A stretch of 55,423 nucleotides of DNA, from positions 1 to 55,423 of the forward strand of contig JALAGF010000012.1 of NCBI GenBank assembly GCA_030167865.1, given 5' to 3'. Within the stretch, counting starts at the first letter, position 1; the number at the start of each line of letters is the position of its first letter. Shown one piece after another: positions 1-12,045 of this stretch. This stretch comes from Craspedostauros australis. Its lineage: Eukaryota. The notes beneath the pieces were generated by a model, which did not search any database, had not been told where the DNA came from, and saw nothing but the letters and a program-made list of their open reading frames with translations. The position numbers and the translations under genes are program-made.

Positions 1-1
1 G

Positions 2-1657
2 ATGCTGAACTTCGACGCTGGCACGAAGGCGGCCAGCTGCTCCGCCTTCCACCTGGCGTTGGAGTACTTCCGCCAATCCATCGACTTGCTTCCCAGGAAT
101 CATTGGCAGATCATGAAAGCGGAGACGCTTCAGATCTACTCTGCCGCGGCGGAAAGCGCCTACGTGACCTCGAAGCTTGATCGAGCAAGAGAGTACTGCG
201 ACGTGATCATCAGTTCAGACTGCGACGTCTTGGAGAAGATCGATGCTTACAACACGCTCACCGACGTGGCGATGGCCGAGATCGAAAAGGACAACAAGGA
301 ATCCAGCGCCGTCCGGCTTTGCGTGGACGTGCTGTCGCAGCTGGGATGCAAGCTCCCGAAACCGGGCATAAAGAGAAACCTGGGCACCAAATTCGGTCTG
401 CTCAAGCTGAAACGAGATGTCCACAAGCTGACCAACCAAACCATCGACGGTCTTCCGTTGGTCACGGACCGGCGCGACATCGCTGTGATGAGGATGTTGG
501 GCAACCTGATGGAAGTCTGCTTCTTCTCCGAGCCTGACTTCCTCCCATCCGTGGCGCTGGAAATCAAGCGCCGGACATTCAAGTACGGCGTATCACAAGA
601 CGCCTCAAGCGCTCTCGTCTTTTTGGGCATGATGATGGGATACGACATGGGCGATTTCGAAGCCAGGGAGATCGCAGGGCAGCTCGCCTTCCGCTTGCTG
701 GACAGGGTGGAGAGCCCCACCAACGAGGCCTCCGTTATCTGCGAGTCCTGCGTGCTGATCCAGCACTGGCAGCGGCCAGTGGAAGAGGTCAAGGAACCGC
801 TGATGGAAGCATACCGCTTGGGGATGTCGACAGGCATGGTCCAAACGGCATCATGGAGCATCATGCTTTACATCCGAGTCTGCTTCTACACTGGGGTCTC
901 GTTGGCCCAGATCGACGAGGACTGCAGCACATACTCCAAGGTGATGCTGGACTTTCACCAGAACGCCCAGTACAAGTTCTTCACGTCGCTGTGGCAGATG
1001 ATCCTCAACCTTCGCGGGGCATCCAAGTACCGCATCCAGCTCATCGGGGACGCGTTCGATGAGAGGAGCGACCTCTCCGGCAGCGACAATGCAATCAGCG
1101 GCATTCACAACAGAGGGATCAACATGTTCAAGACGAAGCTGTGCCTATTCTTCGGTGAATACGAGCAAGGTGCCAAGATGTCGGCTAGCGCTGTCACCCA
1201 AGCCACGAAGGATTACTCCAACTCGCTCTCGTTGGCGCCGACGCTGTTCCGCACGGCTTTCAATTGCTTCGCCGCCTCCCACACGGCCAAAGACAAGAAG
1301 CGCAAGTACTGCAAAACCGCCAAACGGTGTCTGAAGCAGCTCAAGGAATGGAACAAGCAGGGCCATCCCAACTGCCCTCACTACATCATGATCCTGGACG
1401 GCGAACGTGCGTACTTGAATGGCAACTACAGTGGGGCGATCAAGATGTACAAGAAAGCAATCGAGAGCGCCGGGAAGCGCGGATACGTCCAGGACCAGGC
1501 GATGGCAAGCGAGCGACTAGGGGATTGCTGCATGGATTGCGGTCGTCGCAAGGATGCGAAGAGGGGATACAAGGACTCCATCCGCTTTTATGATGCATGG
1601 GGAGCAGCCAGGAAGGTGGCGGATCTGCAGGCCAAGGCCGACCGGCTGTTTGTCTAG
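2..1657 (+). CDS. C-terminal part of a COG3899-like predicted ATPase / TPR-helical signalling protein (5' truncated by the window edge)
   Basis: 551-aa ORF open to the window edge. Segments 'NFDAGTKAASCSAFHLALEYFRQSIDLL..HW', 'LMEAYRLGMSTG', 'GHPNCPHYIMILDGE' and 'YKKAIESAGKRGYVQDQAMASERLG...YDAWGAARKV' resemble the helical region that follows the AAA_16 domain in bacterial STK/ATPase/sensor kinases and their diatom homologues. Family call is by motif recognition only. Confidence 0.8.
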   Translation: MLNFDAGTKAASCSAFHLALEYFRQSIDLLPRNHWQIMKAETLQIYSAAAESAYVTSKLDRAREYCDVIISSDCDVLEKIDAYNTLTDVAMAEIEKDNKESSAVRLCVDVLSQLGCKLPKPGIKRNLGTKFGLLKLKRDVHKLTNQTIDGLPLVTDRRDIAVMRMLGNLMEVCFFSEPDFLPSVALEIKRRTFKYGVSQDASSALVFLGMMMGYDMGDFEAREIAGQLAFRLLDRVESPTNEASVICESCVLIQHWQRPVEEVKEPLMEAYRLGMSTGMVQTASWSIMLYIRVCFYTGVSLAQIDEDCSTYSKVMLDFHQNAQYKFFTSLWQMILNLRGASKYRIQLIGDAFDERSDLSGSDNAISGIHNRGINMFKTKLCLFFGEYEQGAKMSASAVTQATKDYSNSLSLAPTLFRTAFNCFAASHTAKDKKRKYCKTAKRCLKQLKEWNKQGHPNCPHYIMILDGERAYLNGNYSGAIKMYKKAIESAGKRGYVQDQAMASERLGDCCMDCGRRKDAKRGYKDSIRFYDAWGAARKVADLQAKADRLFV

Positions 1658-1874
1658 CTCGACCAACTATTTGGATTCATGAATAGCCTGCGTCCACTAT
1701 ACAATACACTCTATTACATAATACAAGTAGTAAAATACAAACAATGCACTGCAATACAAACGCACGAACGGTACTTGAGTGTGCTCCAATACTCGCAGAG
1801 GCCCATACTACGACCTATGTTATGAGTAAACTGTACTCGTATAATATTATTCTATGTCAGAGCAGACGTCTCAA

Positions 1875-4040
1875 TCACCGCCCATCTGTCCCGGTCGCAC
1901 CATCCATGCACAAAGAGCTCTGCAGGTCTTCTTTCACCATGTCCATCACGATGCTGGCATCATGGCGCGCCAGTAGAATGGCGAAGGTCCGTGATGGCCG
2001 GCTCAGCCCAATCGATTTGGAACACAGGAAGCGCGCCTTCTGATCTGGAGTCAACGCCTTGCCGTCAGTCTTGTGCATGTGGTCGATCTTTGCTTGGATG
2101 CGCAACATGGACGTCATGTACTTGTTGCGATTGCGTGCCATCACGGGATGCAGTGAGCGCTCCAGGCCGCGGCAGCATTGCATGCGCTTGAGCAGCTCTT
2201 CGTCATACTCATCGAAGACTTTCATCGATACGCCACGCTTCCTCGGCTTACCGACGGTATCACCATGTTGTGCCGATCTTGCATTCAATCGCAGCGATGG
2301 ATCGGATGCAGCTGTGTATGCGCACGCCGACGGTCGTTTCGTTCCCACCAACGTCTTTGTCCGGCTAGTGACTTTTGGCTGGGATTGCTGCGTGCATTTG
2401 TCAAACAGCGTCACGAAGTGCTTGATATCCTCCTTGTTCTGCGATCGAAAGGTGGCTGCGACGGACTTCGCCGCGAGGTAGTTGCATTCGCTCTCTGCTT
2501 CTCCCCACCAAAGCTGCTCATCGTCCTTGCGCAATTGAGCCGATTGAGGGGGCTTTGATTTGTCCCGTTTACTTTGTAGAACTTTGGGACTCGCCAGCGG
2601 CAATGAAGACGTGGATTTGATGGCAAGCTGGTCGAAGTGGACGCGCTTGCGAACGCATTGCCTTCGTTCCTTCGGTGTAGTTCCGCCATTGCCACTGTTG
2701 CGTTCATCGCCAGCAATACCAGCTTCGGTGACACCCGTGCGACGAAAAGGAGCGTCGGGCAGCGGGGCCAGGCATTGTCGCTGCCGCTGCTGGTCATGTT
2801 GATTCCTTCTTCGACCGTTTAGATCCTGCCTTGGTGCTTTGGGCGGGCTTGCCATTTGCGGCCGTTCAGCCTTCGAGCTGGTGCTATGTGGCAAGAGAAG
2901 TGCACTGTGGCCGTTATCAACAATGGGTGTCGTTGTATCAGGCGATGTCGCAGTGCCAACAATCGTGGTCATACCATGGAACGTGGATTCGCATTCTCTG
3001 CCGATGCCATCGCCTCTCGTGTGCATGGTCGAATCGAATGGCATGCTGCGGTTTGCATGTGGCATCGTTTGCGATTGCTCTTGGAATTGGGTCTCTACTT
3101 GTGGTCCATATTGCGCTTTGCCTTTCTCAACCGCCATCATCAATGGCATGTTACAAGGACCGGCTCTGCAACCGATGGCATGCTTTGTTTGTCGCAAAGC
3201 AGGTGGATACGATGGCGTCTGTTTCAGCCGAGAGGCGCGCATGTGGCCAGGTGGAAGAAGTGATGAATGGACGCCCGAGAGACCTGGTGATGATGACAAC
3301 GATGATGACAACGATGATGATGGCAACGACGACGATGGCAACGACGACGATGGCAGCAGGTCCACCTTGCCGGGTTGTTCCAATGGCTGCACCATCAGTA
3401 CCTGCTGCAACCTTGATGTGAAGCTGGTCGATTCGATCGCAACCGTACCCGGATGTGCAGAGCTATGAGTTGTGGATTGCATGAATTGTGGCGAGCGCAT
3501 CCATTCAGGACTCCCCGATCGCAGATAGGGAAATGGCATGCAGCAGTACCCGACAGAACTTGTGGGAAAGGCGTTCTGAGAGTCCGCGATAGCTTTGCAA
3601 CCACACAAGCAAGTTCTTTGCGGCCGATGATTGCGATGATGATAAATGTTCGGTTGTGCATTGCACGCTGCCTGCTGATGCTGTGCGGGGATGCCAATAC
3701 GACAGTCTTGTGGCGACCTCGCGACCAGCATCTCATCGAGACCGTGCACAAAGATGCTCTCGGGTGCATTCATGATCGGATCGAATGAAGCAGGGGTCTG
3801 TCGTTGCGTCGCGGTTGGCGTCGCGGTTGGCGTTGTTGATGCTCCTGACCCTGTTGATAACATTGATGGTACTGCCAGCATGTGCTGCGGGAATGTGGCG
3901 GACAGGAAGCTGTTGCTGTTCGGATTCATGAGGCTCCCGGACTTCGAAGGTACCGATGACGAGGTTGCTGGCAGCACTTGTGCTCTTGCCGCTTCCACTG
4001 ATTCCGCTGCCGCTGCGCCCGCTGACAGTGATCGCAGCAT
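1875..4040 (-). CDS. Hypothetical protein; long S/P/Q-rich disordered N-terminus and a C-terminal domain with KRVHF..LWW..CRGLE..A..DA motifs
   Basis: 721-aa ATG-initiated ORF. The C-terminal motif order matches a pattern common in uncharacterised diatom proteins (recognised, not searched). Confidence 0.75.
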   Translation of the reverse strand: MLRSLSAGAAAAESVEAARAQVLPATSSSVPSKSGSLMNPNSNSFLSATFPQHMLAVPSMLSTGSGASTTPTATPTATQRQTPASFDPIMNAPESIFVHGLDEMLVARSPQDCRIGIPAQHQQAACNAQPNIYHHRNHRPQRTCLCGCKAIADSQNAFPTSSVGYCCMPFPYLRSGSPEWMRSPQFMQSTTHSSAHPGTVAIESTSFTSRLQQVLMVQPLEQPGKVDLLPSSSLPSSSLPSSSLSSSLSSSPGLSGVHSSLLPPGHMRASRLKQTPSYPPALRQTKHAIGCRAGPCNMPLMMAVEKGKAQYGPQVETQFQEQSQTMPHANRSMPFDSTMHTRGDGIGRECESTFHGMTTIVGTATSPDTTTPIVDNGHSALLLPHSTSSKAERPQMASPPKAPRQDLNGRRRNQHDQQRQRQCLAPLPDAPFRRTGVTEAGIAGDERNSGNGGTTPKERRQCVRKRVHFDQLAIKSTSSLPLASPKVLQSKRDKSKPPQSAQLRKDDEQLWWGEAESECNYLAAKSVAATFRSQNKEDIKHFVTLFDKCTQQSQPKVTSRTKTLVGTKRPSACAYTAASDPSLRLNARSAQHGDTVGKPRKRGVSMKVFDEYDEELLKRMQCCRGLERSLHPVMARNRNKYMTSMLRIQAKIDHMHKTDGKALTPDQKARFLCSKSIGLSRPSRTFAILLARHDASIVMDMVKEDLQSSLCMDGATGTDGR

Positions 4041-4500
4041 GCCTCACGCGTGACTTTCCGCTGTTGATCCCTCCCAATGAAGCCTCCCTGCCGGTTGTGG
4101 CCAAGAACGCGGCCGCGTTGAGGGCGCTCGTACTCCTTGGGAAGGCGGAGAAGTGTCGCTGGATGAAGGAGAGGCTGTGCGCGTGCGGGCTACGAGCTGC
4201 GTGTTAGGATTTAATTGTCAGCTTTTCCCTTGGCGAAGTTTCCGCGCGATGTCAAACACGAAGAAGAGTTTATGTTTATTATTTTTACAGAATAAGAGGA
4301 ACGGCATGGATCGTTGCCAATCGCTGCCGATTACTGCCAATTCAAAATGATACAACTTCACTCTTGCCTCTTCCATCACGAGTGTCAATGACAGGTAAAG
4401 GATACCAAAGCACGAAGAGCAGCGCGTTCTCGACCTGCGAGTGAGGGTGATCGTATCCGTACGATCCTGCAGGAACGCCTTCGACGATACCTATGGTATT

Positions 4501-4540
4501 ATACGACCTACGACCTATGATACGACCTATGATACGACCC
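4501..4540. repeat. Imperfect tandem repeat, unit about ATACGACCTATG
   Basis: atacgaccta-cgacctatg-atacgacctatg-atacgaccc, read directly. Confidence 0.8.
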
Positions 4541-5688
4541 ACAGTACGGTCAGAGCTTTGATGATTGCGACCAAGACAGGGCGCACACAAGGGTAGCTTG
4601 TGGAGTGATTGCGCCTCCCTTGTCTTCTTCCCCGTTCATGCCTTCTGTGGTGCGCTCCCACGTGCGTCCGTGGATGGTGACAAGTTCACACAAAGTTGGT
4701 GTGGAGCTGCTCGCGTGGTGCTTGACTGATACGCATTGGATTGCGGATGTGTGGTGGGTCCTTTGGCCTCTGTGGTCAGCTACTCCATCGGCATTCCAAG
4801 CGGAGTGCTCATCGATGGACAATCGTTCGCATTCTTTGGCAAGACATGAAGGACACTTCACAACAAGGGTACTGTTAATCTTTTGTCACGGACAGATGTC
4901 GCACCGAAGGAGTTTATGGCCCTGTATCCACAGCGCGTATTCGCAGTGTGTATCTGCAGCCGTGTATTTGCATGTTGCGGTACTCGTGCTTTTCACGCTC
5001 GTCATGTCCACCATAACAACACGAGCGATTAAGCGGGGGGGAACATTTGTCCGTGAAGCCGATTCCCGTCAAACAACGGAGCGGTGCGGAACAAGATGTC
5101 CTTGCGTGACTGAGGCATCACGGAAATTGTGCACGATCGTGGATGGCGGCAACTTTGTCACAAGAACTTTTTGCCGCTGTTGGTGATTGAGACAGACCAG
5201 CCCCTTTCACGAGTGGGGCATATGTAGGAGCCTACCTCAGTACCAACGTTCAGAAGACATTGGGCCTCTTCCTGTTCTGTCGCTCCACGAATGGTTCACA
5301 TTTTTGCGGCAGTCTTGGCGATGCCATCCACCTCCGTCAACTGCTGCTCTCTTCGTTGCCCTGCTGTGTCGTGTCAGACGCGTGGAGATGGTGCTCTGTC
5401 TTGAATTCCTTCACGCATTCGGAATGTTCTGTCATCTCCCCACAAAGCAGACACCCAATCAGGCACTGGTGGCTGCTGCATCGAAGATTGAGTAGAGTAA
5501 TGCTATTGTATGTATGTATGGTGTGGTATGATATATGTATGGTGGGTTGGCACGGTGTACGTCGTATAATCGTGATTGTTTTGGAGATGCTGAAGGAGCC
5601 GACGCAATTTAACTTGAGAGATCGATTCCACTCGTGTGCCGGCGGTTGCGCATCTGATGACGTTGCGCACCTGGTGGCAGCATTCTCT

Positions 5689-6876
5689 CTACACAAGAGC
5701 GGCTCCGTCAGGAATGTAATCCTTCTTGCTTTCCAGGAAGGATGAGGACGATGACACGATCGACGCATCATCGAAGGGCAGCGGCTGCAAGAGGCTCTCC
5801 GCCGTCCTGGTGGGCATGTCATCCGTCGTTGCGAAGGATGTTTCGACCGATTCAAGGTCGTCTGCCGTGTCCGTCATCACGCTCACCACGTCATCCGTGA
5901 CGGAAGCAGACGCTTCGGTACGAAGGTGGCTTTGGTCGGATGCGGACATTGCAGAAGGTGCGTCTGTCTCCGCCACTTGCTGTTGCTTTCGTTGCTCTCC
6001 TTGCTTCTCGATGTCAACCTCACCCATCGCATCTGCGCTTTCGTCTTTGTTGTATTGGACGACGTCGATCTTTGCGTCTTCGAAGATCTTCGTGGAGTTG
6101 TCGAGGGTGCCGCAATCGCTGTCGCCGTCGCTGTCGGAATGGCTGTCGCTGTCCGTCTTGCTCTGGCTTCTGCGATCGTTGCCGTCGTTGTAGAGGTTGA
6201 GCATGGACTTGTCCGGGCCGGTATCGGATCCATCCTCTTCGAAGAGCATCAAGCCAGGATCGCTCTGGTCGTCACCTTCGTTGTGGACGAAGGACGAGAT
6301 GCCCGACTCTGCATCGAACTGCTCATGATTGATGTGGATGGTGTCGCTGTGGATGATCTGCTTCGCTCCGGAGGACAGGGAGTACATGGACTTCTTGGCG
6401 GCGCTGCTGGTGCGGCTGTTGTTGAGATTGCGCGGGTAGCTGCGGTTGTTGCCTCGGCTGCGGCTGTGGCCGCTGGAGTTGCTGTTTCCCTTGCTGCCCG
6501 TGCTGCTGCCGCAAATGAAGGAGGGCGGGCGTGGCATGACCTTGAAGATGTGCTGCGATTTGCGCGACGACTTGGTCGGCTCTTTGCACAGGGAGCAATC
6601 GTCACGTTGTGCCTCCAGAGCTCGCTGGCGGCTCCGATTGGTGTGCAGAATGAGGTAGAACGACGACAACGTGAAGACGAAGGCTATCACCAGCAAGGCC
6701 ATGATGACGACGATCGCGGTCTGCGAATCGATTCCGCTGTCATTGTGCTGCTGCTGATCCGCCGTTTGGGATGGATTTCTGTTGTTCTGTTGCGAGAAGA
6801 AGCCTCCGGTTGTGCTTGTGCTGCCTGAAGTGGCAGAGTCGAGCTCCTGGAGGATTCTGAGACCTGATGAAGCCAT
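5689..6876 (-). CDS. Hypothetical single-pass membrane protein with acidic, disordered C-terminal tail
   Basis: ORF 5689..6882, first ATG at 6876 (about 395 aa). One hydrophobic segment 'AIVVIMALLVIAFVFTLSSFYLIL' followed by basic 'RSRQR', then a D/S-rich tail. Confidence 0.7.
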   Translation of the reverse strand: MASSGLRILQELDSATSGSTSTTGGFFSQQNNRNPSQTADQQQHNDSGIDSQTAIVVIMALLVIAFVFTLSSFYLILHTNRSRQRALEAQRDDCSLCKEPTKSSRKSQHIFKVMPRPPSFICGSSTGSKGNSNSSGHSRSRGNNRSYPRNLNNSRTSSAAKKSMYSLSSGAKQIIHSDTIHINHEQFDAESGISSFVHNEGDDQSDPGLMLFEEDGSDTGPDKSMLNLYNDGNDRRSQSKTDSDSHSDSDGDSDCGTLDNSTKIFEDAKIDVVQYNKDESADAMGEVDIEKQGEQRKQQQVAETDAPSAMSASDQSHLRTEASASVTDDVVSVMTDTADDLESVETSFATTDDMPTRTAESLLQPLPFDDASIVSSSSSFLESKKDYIPDGAALV

Positions 6877-7710
6877 TGTCAATGATGTTCGTAGTGTTGA
6901 TGGTATTGATGGTATTGTTGATACTGATGGCAGTGTTGCTGGTGATGATGTTTGCGCTGACCGTCAACGATGATGATGACGATGATGTCAATGGCTTGTT
7001 GACGATTTTATGTGGAGAGTGTTGAATGAAGTTGTGACAGCATAGACTGCAACTGTGACGACTGTGACAACTGTGATGTGAGTATGGTATAACAACGATG
7101 ATCGAAGGCTGCAACGTCAATTCTCTCGGAGGCAGTCGACAATTGTTGGTTGGAGATGAAGCTCTGTCTCCGAATCCGCAAAGCTATTCCCGCAGCGTCC
7201 GTTTTGGTGATTGGCTTGGCTCGGCCGTCCAATAATGCTTTGGAGTGCTGGAAATGTGGCTCTGCTGTTCTCTCTTTTCCTCTTCAACTCTATCCAAGAG
7301 TATTGCAGGAGTGCACCAACGATGTCTCGTTCCGATCCCAAAAGATGGCTAACGTTCCCACCAACCAATTGTGTTCGTGGAGGACGAGTAGAGTGTTCGA
7401 ACGTATTGTATATTGCTCTGTTCTGTGAGAATGATGGCGATAAGGGGAGACGTTCCGAGTGACTTTTGGGCCTCGGATGCAGCCGCAATGAATCTGTTCT
7501 TGTTGATTGTTGTTGCGATGACGGAAGCCCTCTCGATGTTCTTGCTTGTCGCTTCGATGTTGGCCTCGCTTCTAAGACACGACCTCCCACTCGTGTCACT
7601 TCGTTGGGATTCAGCACGATGCTCGGTGTCGGATGGTGCAACTTTGGTGGGTCTTGTTCCGATTCTTGGTCCTGATTCTGGCTTTCCGAGTTGTGGTCAA
7701 AGATGGTTGT

Positions 7711-7764
7711 TGACAATGCTGACAATGCTGACAATGTTGGCAATGCTGACAATCCTGACAATGC
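7711..7764. repeat. 9-bp minisatellite (TGACAATGC) x6, imperfect
   Basis: tgacaatgc tgacaatgc tgacaatgt tggcaatgc tgacaatcc tgacaatgc, read directly. Confidence 0.9.
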
Positions 7765-9710
7765 TGATGATGTCGTTGATCAATGATGGTGGACGATGTG
7801 GTCGATGCAGGCTTATTATCTTCTATCTGAGAATCTGGGTGGTTTTGGGATGAGCCGTTTCTTGATTCTCGCATTCAGTTGATGGTTGTGTGAGCAGCAT
7901 TCACCACGCAGCATGAGCACAGTTGCGTTTGCGTGTGTGTTGGTGCCAATGTTGGTGCGCGTGAGTTGGCATGTGTGATGGCGTGTGTGCGCGCAGCTGC
8001 GAGTATGGTTGTTGGTGTGGGCATCCTCGGTGGTCATTTTCATGTTCTTCTAAGTTGGTTGTTGACCGTTGGTGGGATTTGGTGGACTGGAGCGCTTTGC
8101 TGTTTGGTGGGATCAGTGCAAGGCGGGAAGTCTTTTCGAAATTGTGGAGGCGCGCTGTGAACTTTAAGTGTGGATGTCCGGCAAGCGTAACGGTTGTTGG
8201 AATGTGACGGCGTGATCCCGCGTGCTGACGTTCGCTCGCGCCAAAACACATGTTTCACAATTTGGAGACCCACACCGACAACGAGAATAAAGGGGACAAC
8301 CAAGTTGCCACCATCGTAGTCGCAACACACAGTCGTGGTTGGTGGCAACTTCGTCAGCCGCTCGGTTGCACGTCAAGGTGGTTGGTCGGCTGCGGCACTT
8401 GCACTTCTTATTTTCGTACGATCCCCTTGCCGACACCATTTTGGAGTGCCACGCGCGATGCTCGGAACGATCAGGCTGCTGAGAACTGCGTGATGGCGCC
8501 ATGGGTCGCACACAGAAACAGGAACTCCGAATGCGATGGCTGGTGGTGATCACGGAAGAGGTGGTCATGGCTCCGCAATTGGTGTCGGCACGACTTCGGC
8601 TTCTGCCTTGGGCGGAGCATGGCTTACGAGCTGCGGGAGCGTTTCGGGGAGAGGCAGAGACCGTGCAGGAGAGGGTGGAGCAGCGGGAGAGGAGAGAGCA
8701 ACTGTGTGCGAACAACGATACGTTGTACACTTCCAGTACGACCAGGGGACAGGTTCTTGGTTGCCATGGCTATCAACGACGACACTTGTCACACCAAAAT
8801 GTAACATAACACAACCCAACCATCTCCGATCACCTCATCCCACTGATAAGGCCATCCCAGTCGTATCAAACCATTGGGTGCAATTGCTCACACCGGCTTG
8901 ATGCGATGCTCTTGCGATCGTGCGAAACCGACTTAAGCATAGTGTAGTATAACATGACATGCTAACCTGGGGTACTCTGCACAAGGGCAATGCGGTATAT
9001 CGTATGCCACACGGACTTGCTTTGATTGGTTCTTGGCCTGGTTTGACTTTGAATTTCAAGTTTCAAATCCTCATGAAAGGGTTCCGACATGCAACATGCT
9101 ATCTCTCTCAATTCCTCTCGTGTGTGCCGTAGCTCGTATGTGGACCATTGCATGATCATGTAGCCCCCAACGGTCATAGAATACTTTGTGGAGGAGCATG
9201 CCATCGTTGTCATTGTCATCATCATCATCGTCAGCCAAAAGTAGAAGCATGGTGCAGTGTTCTCTGTGCGTGCCTATCCTTGTGCAAGAGTGATGCGTTA
9301 ACGGCATCTCGTCTCTTTTGGTTTGTTCGTCACATCATTCGCACCACACGAAGAACAATCTTGGAGCCACTATCCACATGACTAACTCGACCAACAGTAC
9401 CACAATCGTGTGTCCACGATTGAGCCAATGTATGCACGATTCAAACGCACAAGATTCTGTCACCAAGTTGCACCAACACAACACAACCAACACCCACACA
9501 CAAGAGAAGCCTCCCGTCACACCAAGAGGACAACCTCTCGCTCTCCATCAGACCAAAGGGCAGTCAGAGAGGACAGGCGGTTGCGCACAAGGGAAGACAG
9601 TTGGTTGACCGAGGACTTGGTGCATCGCATCAACGAATCGCTCTCCCCAATACGAAACGACAACACTCTCTATCAAATATATTAAGAGTGCGGTCTCGGG
9701 GATTCTGCAT

Positions 9711-9893
9711 ATGGAACAACGATCGTCGATCAGAATGATGGATGATGCCACGTTGGAAATAGAGAGCACATGGCAGAAGGATGTCATCAACATGCTCCTG
9801 CCTGTCGGCTTCATCCTCTTCGTTGCGCTGATGGCCCAGATCAATTGCTGGATCGAAGCACGTCGCAGCCGAAATCGGAGGCGAGGAAGGTGA
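9711..9893 (+). CDS. Possible small single-pass membrane protein or relic of a larger gene
   Basis: 60-aa ORF with hydrophobic 'VINMLLPVGFILFVALMAQI' followed by the basic cluster 'RRSRNRRRGR'. Short, no recognisable family. Confidence 0.3.
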   Translation: MEQRSSIRMMDDATLEIESTWQKDVINMLLPVGFILFVALMAQINCWIEARRSRNRRRGR

Positions 9894-10581
9894 TGGTCCC
9901 GACCCCCAGAATAGTACTCTGCTTGAACATTCCGAAGATGCCAAAGGGGTGTCATCGTGGCGATAGTAATGATAATGGCAATGGCGAAAGCAATGAGAAG
10001 ATGTGAAGAACTCGAGAGCAGTTTGAGCATGCTCCTAAAAGAGATGCATGAATAGCTCGTACTTGTGCAATTCGAGCGCAAAGTGGCCGACGCCGCCTGA
10101 AGCATCAGGCTCGGAAGACACATTCATGAAGACCATTCGGCCCACCTCTGCCCACGGCCACACAACAGGACGAGCGTCTGGGCACTCTGCTCGTTTGGCT
10201 TGGCGTTCCAAGTCACCCAACACGGCGAGAATCGCAAAGGGCTATGGAGCAACACCACTGCACACCTGAATAGTTGTTTCTGTAAATGTAACATTCAACT
10301 ATGCACTGTGTATCGCGTTACATGTTCGTCGTTTGTTCGTTCGTTTGCTTGTTGGTTGGTCGTTTGGCGAAGTTGCTGATTGCTCCTGTCAAGCGTCCTT
10401 CCGTCCGCTCATTCCGTGCCTGCCATTCGCGCCACAGCGCATCGGCATGCGAGCACAGGAGCCAACAGCCGCGATCTGATCTGTGCACCACAATTGTGCT
10501 TAATCATTGCAGTACTCTGAGGATAAGACAAAGCTGCCTCCATCGTCTTTATGCCCGTACTCGCACTGGCATGCAAGTAAT

Positions 10582-12045
<1,464 letters not shown>

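Noticed and set aside
5926..6828. 300-aa plus-strand ORF
   Set aside because: Antisense to the 5689-6876 gene; V/A/D-rich shadow composition.
7117..7874. 214-aa ORF and a (CQH)n-coding ORF suggesting a metal-binding peptide
   Set aside because: Both arise from the 9-bp minisatellite and low-complexity DNA; no other coding support.
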